64,000 nucleotides of DNA, taken from contig DUBV01000014.1 of the NCBI GenBank assembly GCA_012960105.1, positions 2,711-66,710 on the forward strand, in the 5' to 3' direction. Position numbers and translations under genes: made by a program. Below are positions 58,804 to 64,000 of the stretch, one piece after another. Source of the DNA: Thiotrichaceae bacterium. GTDB taxonomy: Bacteria; Pseudomonadota; Gammaproteobacteria; Eutrophobiales; Eutrophobiaceae. The notes under the pieces were generated by a model. The model was given only the letters and a program-made list of their open reading frames with translations. It was not told the origin of the DNA and did not search any database. How positions within the stretch are numbered: the first letter of the stretch is position 1; the number at the start of each line of letters is the position of its first letter.

Positions 58804-59109
58804 CTATCCCTTCATCGAGCTCAAATCATCTACATTAATTGTCTTTTTCTTACGGAACAGAACAATAAGAATAGCCAAGCCTATCGCTGATTCTGCTGCA
58901 GCTACCGTCAGTATAAAAAATACAAATACTTGCCCATGAATATCACCAAGAAAATGAGAAAAGGCGATAAAATTCATATTCACCGATAACAACATCAGCT
59001 CTATACACATTAATAAAATAATAATGTTCTTTCTATTAAGAAAGATACCGGCAATGCTGATACAAAATATCAATGCTGATAAAGATAAAACCTCAGGTAA
59101 GGTAATCAT
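58804..59109 (-). CDS. nuoK: NADH-quinone oxidoreductase subunit K
   Basis: 101 aa, three TM segments, conserved Glu-containing helices. Confidence 0.9.
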   Translation of the reverse strand: MITLPEVLSLSALIFCISIAGIFLNRKNIIILLMCIELMLLSVNMNFIAFSHFLGDIHGQVFVFFILTVAAAESAIGLAILIVLFRKKKTINVDDLSSMKG

Positions 59110-59723
59110 GCTTCTGACTCCCCTTTCTTAGTCTCTGCTTTCATTTTGACAATGCGTAATCGCTCATGCTTTTTAACAAACACTTGTTTATCTGGATTGA
59201 TAGATTTATTTATTTTTAATTTACTCATACCTAAAGAAATTGCTGCAATAATAGCAACTAATAAAATGGCACCGGCTATCTCAAACTGATATAGATATTG
59301 TGTATAGAGCGCTAAACCCAACTCTCGTGTGTTGCTGTGGTCCGCATCAAACTGTTGTATTGCTAAGTATCGATCTCCAAGAAAGTAATCTGAACCAACA
59401 ACTAAACCCATAGCAACAACCATTAATACCGCGACGCTAATTCCCACAGGTAAGTATCGTATAAACCCTTCTCGCGAAGTTACATTGTTTAAGTCCAGCA
59501 TCATCACTACAAAAAGAAACAACACCATAACCGCGCCAACGTAAACCAATACTAGAGTTATCGCTAAAAATTCAGCTTGTAACAACAACCAGATTGCAGA
59601 TGATGCAAAAAAAGCAAGAATAAGAAACAAGGCAGCATGGATAGGATTACGCATAACCACGACCATCGTTGCTGAGAAAACCAGCACACCTGAGAAAAGA
59701 TAAAATACGACTTGTTCAATCAT
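59106..59723 (-). CDS. nuoJ: NADH-quinone oxidoreductase subunit J
   Basis: 205 aa. Position and sequence are typical of NuoJ. Confidence 0.85.
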   Translation of the reverse strand: MIEQVVFYLFSGVLVFSATMVVVMRNPIHAALFLILAFFASSAIWLLLQAEFLAITLVLVYVGAVMVLFLFVVMMLDLNNVTSREGFIRYLPVGISVAVLMVVAMGLVVGSDYFLGDRYLAIQQFDADHSNTRELGLALYTQYLYQFEIAGAILLVAIIAAISLGMSKLKINKSINPDKQVFVKKHERLRIVKMKAETKKGESEA

Positions 59724-59778
59724 TCGCGTTTATCTCTTTTATTTTTTTAATTATTTTTTTCATAATCATTCTTAATGT

Positions 59779-60276
59779 TTAACGATACATCGCATCTCTG
59801 GCACGATCTTCGGCAATCTGTTTTTCTTCTCTATCACCAACGGCTAATAACTTTTCTTTGGTCATCAATAAATCATCGCGCTCTTCGCCATGGTATTCGA
59901 ATATTCTTGTTTCAACGATTGAATCAACTGGACATGATTCTTCACAGAAGCCGCAAAAAATACATTTAGTCAGATCAATATCGTATTTAGTTGTGCGTCG
60001 ACTACCATCATCACGCACTTCGGATTCAATCGTAATTGCTACAGCCGGACAAACCGCTTCACATAACTTACAGGCAATACATCGTTCCTCACCATTAGGA
60101 TATCGACGTAGCGCATGCAAACCACGAAATCGATGCGATTGCGGCGTTTTCTCTTCTGGGTATTGCACGGTAATTTTTCGTCTAAATAAATATTTACCGG
60201 TAAGCTGCAAACCTTTTAGTAGTTCCCAAAGGAACAGACTCTGAATGTAATTTTTAATATTTTTTATCATCATCAA
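59779..60276 (-). CDS. nuoI: NADH-quinone oxidoreductase subunit I (2x[4Fe-4S])
   Basis: Two ferredoxin motifs: [12 protein letters not shown] and [12 protein letters not shown]. Confidence 0.92.
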   Translation of the reverse strand: MMMIKNIKNYIQSLFLWELLKGLQLTGKYLFRRKITVQYPEEKTPQSHRFRGLHALRRYPNGEERCIACKLCEAVCPAVAITIESEVRDDGSRRTTKYDIDLTKCIFCGFCEESCPVDSIVETRIFEYHGEERDDLLMTKEKLLAVGDREEKQIAEDRARDAMYR

Positions 60277-61406
60277 TCAAACCAGGGCGGTACATTAGTC
60301 ACAACCAATGCTGACACGACAACTAACCAGACTATTGTTATTGGAATAAATACTTTCCAGCCCAAGCGCATAATTTGATCGTATCGATATCGTGGAAATG
60401 TTGCTCGGAACCATAAGAATAAAAACATAAAGAAAGAGGTTTTTATTAATAACCAATGTATGCCTTCACCAAGCAGATCGCCAATTAAAGCTATTGAAAA
60501 TACTGAGTCTGGAACGATGCCTTGTAGTGGAGATAACCAACCACCACAAAATAATAAGGCGGATAAAACAGAAATCAAAATCATGTTGGCGTATTCAGCC
60601 ATAAAGAATACGGAAAATGCCATGCCACCATATTCAACATGAAAGCCCGCTACAATTTCAGATTCACCTTCGGCAACATCGAAAGGTGCACGATTAGTCT
60701 CTGCCAAACCGGAAATAAAATAGATAACAAATAAAGGAAATAGCGGTAACCAGAACCAGTGAATAATACTGCCTGATTGTGCATCAACAATATCACCCAG
60801 GTTTAAACTACCTGCTGCTACCAGTACGCCAACTAAAGCAAAACCCATGGCAATTTCATAAGAAACAATTTGAGCTGCTGAACGCATTGCACCTAAAAAA
60901 GCATATTTTGAATTTGATGCCCAACCAGCAATGATGACGCCATAAACAGCTAACGAGGTTAATGCTAATACATATAATAAAGCAGCATTAATATCAGCCA
61001 AAACTTTAGTGTCATCAAAAGGAATTACTGCCCATGCAGCAACTGATGGGGCTAAAGATAAAATTGGTGCCATTATATATAAGGAACGGTTCGCACCTGT
61101 AGGAATAACGATTTCCTTGACCATTAACTTCACTGCATCCGCAATAGGTTGACCCAAACCCCATAAACTATAACCAAAGAAACCCACCCGATTTGGACCT
61201 ATACGTCCTTGAATATAACCAATCACTTTACGTTCCGCATAAGTAAAGTAAGCAACGGTAACTAAAACAGGAACCAATATAGCTAGAATTTTTATTACCG
61301 TTTGCAAAACGATTAATGCATTAGATTGATAATCAATCGGCACGAGGAATGTTGTTAACGGCATTAACAAATTCTGGCTAATAAATTGATAGAGTAGTTC
61401 TAGCAT
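60273..61406 (-). CDS. nuoH: NADH-quinone oxidoreductase subunit H
   Basis: [19 protein letters not shown] signature. The start is uncertain: the Met at codon 15 (61364) is an alternative. Confidence 0.9.
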   Translation of the reverse strand: MLELLYQFISQNLLMPLTTFLVPIDYQSNALIVLQTVIKILAILVPVLVTVAYFTYAERKVIGYIQGRIGPNRVGFFGYSLWGLGQPIADAVKLMVKEIVIPTGANRSLYIMAPILSLAPSVAAWAVIPFDDTKVLADINAALLYVLALTSLAVYGVIIAGWASNSKYAFLGAMRSAAQIVSYEIAMGFALVGVLVAAGSLNLGDIVDAQSGSIIHWFWLPLFPLFVIYFISGLAETNRAPFDVAEGESEIVAGFHVEYGGMAFSVFFMAEYANMILISVLSALLFCGGWLSPLQGIVPDSVFSIALIGDLLGEGIHWLLIKTSFFMFLFLWFRATFPRYRYDQIMRLGWKVFIPITIVWLVVVSALVVTNVPPWFD

Positions 61407-63793
61407 TTGCTCTTCTCTATCCTTATATCAGAAAATGCTGCGCCTAGTTCAATTTGATCTGGATGAGCAGATTGAATCAACACACAGTCATCAGCAATAC
61501 GATCATCTACAATGACTTTTAAAGTAACACTATTCTCACCTTGTTCTACTTTTGCTTGGTCATCATTTGTTAATTTCTTTTTATTGGCTAACGCTGAATT
61601 AATATGGATTGCACCATCAGAAATATCTTTGGTTTGTTGTAAAGAGACCGCTCGACGACAGATAGCATCAATCATATTCATTGGCGTTTCTGTAATACGC
61701 TGTAATTTTTTAGATTTAGAATGTGTTTTCAGAGTAGACGGAGTTTGCCATTTATCCATATTATCCGTCTTAATATCACCTATGGCCTGCATCGCTTCAT
61801 CAAGCACATCAGAGGATGACTGATAGTTAAATCCATCAAGCTCAAAACAATTGCCTAAAACTCTTAACACCTTCCATGCCGGTCTTGCTTCCGCCAGCGG
61901 CGAAACTACGCCAGCAAAACTTTGACTAGCACCTTCGTTATTAATATATGTACCGGATGTTTCAGTAAAGACAGAAATCGGTAACAGTACATCTGCATAC
62001 TCATTCATCTTCTCGCTTCGATAGGCAGTTAAGGAAACAACAAACTTCGCATCCTTCATTGCATCTTGCGCTAATCGACTATCCCAACAATCCAGTTCTG
62101 GTTCTACACCCATTAATACATAAGCTTTTAATTTTGCTTGCAGCATTTGCTGTGTATTCATGCCTGCCTTTGAACCTGGGTTACCACCGGCTAATCGATG
62201 TGGTATTGCGCCTGCTAACCATGCACCGGAACTATTTGCATTTTCAGACAAATATCCTAACTTTGATTCGCTAAATTTAGCGATTAAACCGGCAAGCGAT
62301 CGTAACAATGAAAACTGCGGATGCGCTGTAGCCAGATTACCCAGTAAGACAATAGCATTGTCTTCATCAAGTAAGTTATTGGCGATCCTTCTATGACTAT
62401 CGTTAACTACAGCTTTATCAATACTTTGTTTGACTCCTTGTTCGAAGATCTCTTCTGTCTCTTCAACAAGTACCTTTAATATAGAAGCTAATTCCATAGG
62501 CATCATGCCAGGTGAAACAATACTTTTTTCAGCTATAGGGTAATTAAAATCGTAATCAACGGGATTTAATACCATGACAGATGCGCCATGGATCACGGCT
62601 TTGCGAAGTCGGTGATTAATAATCGGCTGATCTTTTCTAACATTACTGCCTATTAACAATGCTGACTGCAAAGTATCGAATTCAGAAATACTTTGTCCTA
62701 AATAAGGAAAGCTGGCAACAACATCCTGATCCGAAAAATCAGATTGTTTTAAACGACTATCGATATTGTTTGAACCAATAGCTCGTATTAATTTTTGTAA
62801 TAAATACAACTCTTCTAAAGTCGATGATGGCGAAGCTATAGCACCTAATTGTTTTAGATTATTATCCGCAACAAGAGCTTGTAAATTATTCTTAACCACA
62901 TCCAAAGCTGTTTCCCAATCAACTTCATGCCAGCTTCCAGCTTCCTTAATCATTGGTGTTTGTAATCGCTCGTCACTATAAATAGCTTCGTAACTGAATC
63001 GATCCCGATCAGATAACCAGACTTCATTGATATCTTCATTATGTGCAGGCACTACACGCTTAACTTCATTGCCTTTAACATGAATATGAATATTTGAACC
63101 GACAGAATCATGTGCTGCGATTGCATCTTTCTGTACCAATTCCCAGGTTCTTGCGGAATATCGAAAAGGTTTCGAAGTTAATGCGCCAACCGGACAAAGA
63201 TCAATAATATTACCTGACATCTCAGAACTAACACTCTTCTCTATGTAGGTACCAATCTGCATATTTTCGCCACGACCGGTCGCACCCATTTCACGTAAGC
63301 CAGCAATTTCTTCACCAAAACGAACACAACGCGTGCAATGTATACAACGTGTTAAATCTGTATGGATAAGCGGCCCGATATTTTTATCTTTAACAACACG
63401 TTTCTTTTCCTGATAACGCGATACACCCTCACCATAACCCATAGCCAAATCTTGCAATTCACATTCACCACCTTGATCACAAATAGGACAATCTAAAGGA
63501 TGATTGATCAATAAAAATTCCATCACAGATTTTTGTGCATCGATTGCCGCTTTAGATCGGGTCTTAACTTTCATACCTTCCATAACCGGCGTTGCACAAG
63601 CAGGTAAAGATTTTGGTGCTTTTTCAACTTCGACCAGACACATACGACAATTAGCCGCGATGGTTAATTTATTGTGATAACAAAAGCGAGGCACATAGAT
63701 GTCATTGGCATCCGTTACCTCGATCAACATTTGTCCCTTGTTTGCTGTTAAGGTTTGTCCATCAACTTCAATTGTTATTTTTTCGTCAGGCAT
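61400..63793 (-). CDS. nuoG: NADH-quinone oxidoreductase subunit G
   Basis: N-terminal 2Fe-2S and 4Fe-4S Cys clusters (CYHNKL...CRMCLVE; [14 protein letters not shown]; [10 protein letters not shown]). 797 aa. Confidence 0.92.
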   Translation of the reverse strand: MPDEKITIEVDGQTLTANKGQMLIEVTDANDIYVPRFCYHNKLTIAANCRMCLVEVEKAPKSLPACATPVMEGMKVKTRSKAAIDAQKSVMEFLLINHPLDCPICDQGGECELQDLAMGYGEGVSRYQEKKRVVKDKNIGPLIHTDLTRCIHCTRCVRFGEEIAGLREMGATGRGENMQIGTYIEKSVSSEMSGNIIDLCPVGALTSKPFRYSARTWELVQKDAIAAHDSVGSNIHIHVKGNEVKRVVPAHNEDINEVWLSDRDRFSYEAIYSDERLQTPMIKEAGSWHEVDWETALDVVKNNLQALVADNNLKQLGAIASPSSTLEELYLLQKLIRAIGSNNIDSRLKQSDFSDQDVVASFPYLGQSISEFDTLQSALLIGSNVRKDQPIINHRLRKAVIHGASVMVLNPVDYDFNYPIAEKSIVSPGMMPMELASILKVLVEETEEIFEQGVKQSIDKAVVNDSHRRIANNLLDEDNAIVLLGNLATAHPQFSLLRSLAGLIAKFSESKLGYLSENANSSGAWLAGAIPHRLAGGNPGSKAGMNTQQMLQAKLKAYVLMGVEPELDCWDSRLAQDAMKDAKFVVSLTAYRSEKMNEYADVLLPISVFTETSGTYINNEGASQSFAGVVSPLAEARPAWKVLRVLGNCFELDGFNYQSSSDVLDEAMQAIGDIKTDNMDKWQTPSTLKTHSKSKKLQRITETPMNMIDAICRRAVSLQQTKDISDGAIHINSALANKKKLTNDDQAKVEQGENSVTLKVIVDDRIADDCVLIQSAHPDQIELGAAFSDIRIEKSKC

Positions 63794-63810
63794 AATTCTT
63801 TTCTATTTTC

Positions 63811-64000
63811 TCACGCAGCTTCATTATCATCTGATTTATGTGAATCAACCATGCAACGCTTATGATCAATGTGATACTGAAATTCATCTCGGAATTGTTT
63901 AATAAAACTTCTTACCGGCCATGCTGCCGCATCACCGAAAGCACAAATTGTTCGTCCTTCAATTTTACTTGCAACGTCATCAAGTTTATCCAAATCGCCT
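63811..64000 (-). CDS. nuoF: NADH-quinone oxidoreductase subunit F, 3' end (gene runs off the right edge)
   Basis: C-terminal ...GRTICAFGDAAAWPVRSFIKQFRDEF is the conserved NuoF tail containing the last N3-cluster Cys. Confidence 0.85.
   Translation of the reverse strand, partial: GDLDKLDDVASKIEGRTICAFGDAAAWPVRSFIKQFRDEFQYHIDHKRCMVDSHKSDDNEAA

Noticed and set aside
60273-61406. Apparent N-terminal extension of NuoH (377 aa)
   Set aside because: It is most likely a start-codon choice issue, since an in-frame Met at codon 15 is available, combined with normal length variation. Nothing else is unusual.

Overview
AT-rich proteobacterial chromosome segment. Its backbone has gammaproteobacteria-like synteny: rpmA-rplU divergent from ispB on the left, nuoF-nuoN on the right. 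Between them the window is dominated by membrane-lipid genes. (1) A hopanoid locus is split in two. The left part is hpnL-hpnI-hpnJ-hpnK at 2.6-7.3 kb, bracketed by two CDP-alcohol phosphatidyltransferase genes. The right part is sqs-shc-hpnG-PhyH dioxygenase-hpnN-hpnA at 34.3-42.6 kb. (2) A 26-kb minus-strand block sits between these halves and is the most interesting content. It encodes a PUFA-type synthase in ER-first order (pfaD, then KS-AT-4xACP-KR-DH, then KS-CLF-AT-DH-DH). The last megasynthase gene is translationally coupled by an ATGA overlap to a complete oleABCD head-to-head olefin pathway, followed by an Sfp-type PPTase and a SAM methyltransferase. This predicts a one-locus polyunsaturated long-chain olefin assembly line. 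The pfa part is interrupted by a mosaic insert (gmd, fcl, a 37-codon galE stub, cysC, an IS3-type transposase tail relic). A compound microsatellite, (ATTTCA)9(ATTTTTA)8, lies just upstream of the TTG start of the KS-CLF gene. The OleA homologue carries an unusual tandem-repeat insertion. (3) Further right there is a stripped-down Mrp/complex-I membrane-arm-like operon (NuoK-like, three antiporter-like subunits, one small TM protein), then nhaD, SCO1-PCuAC-psd and a decayed ompW. Several gene relics (galE stub, IS tail, ompW, a probable HATPase fragment) suggest ongoing gene decay. No tRNA, rRNA, CRISPR array or intact mobile element was recognised. All functional calls rest on motifs read from the supplied translations and on remembered family features; no database search was run.
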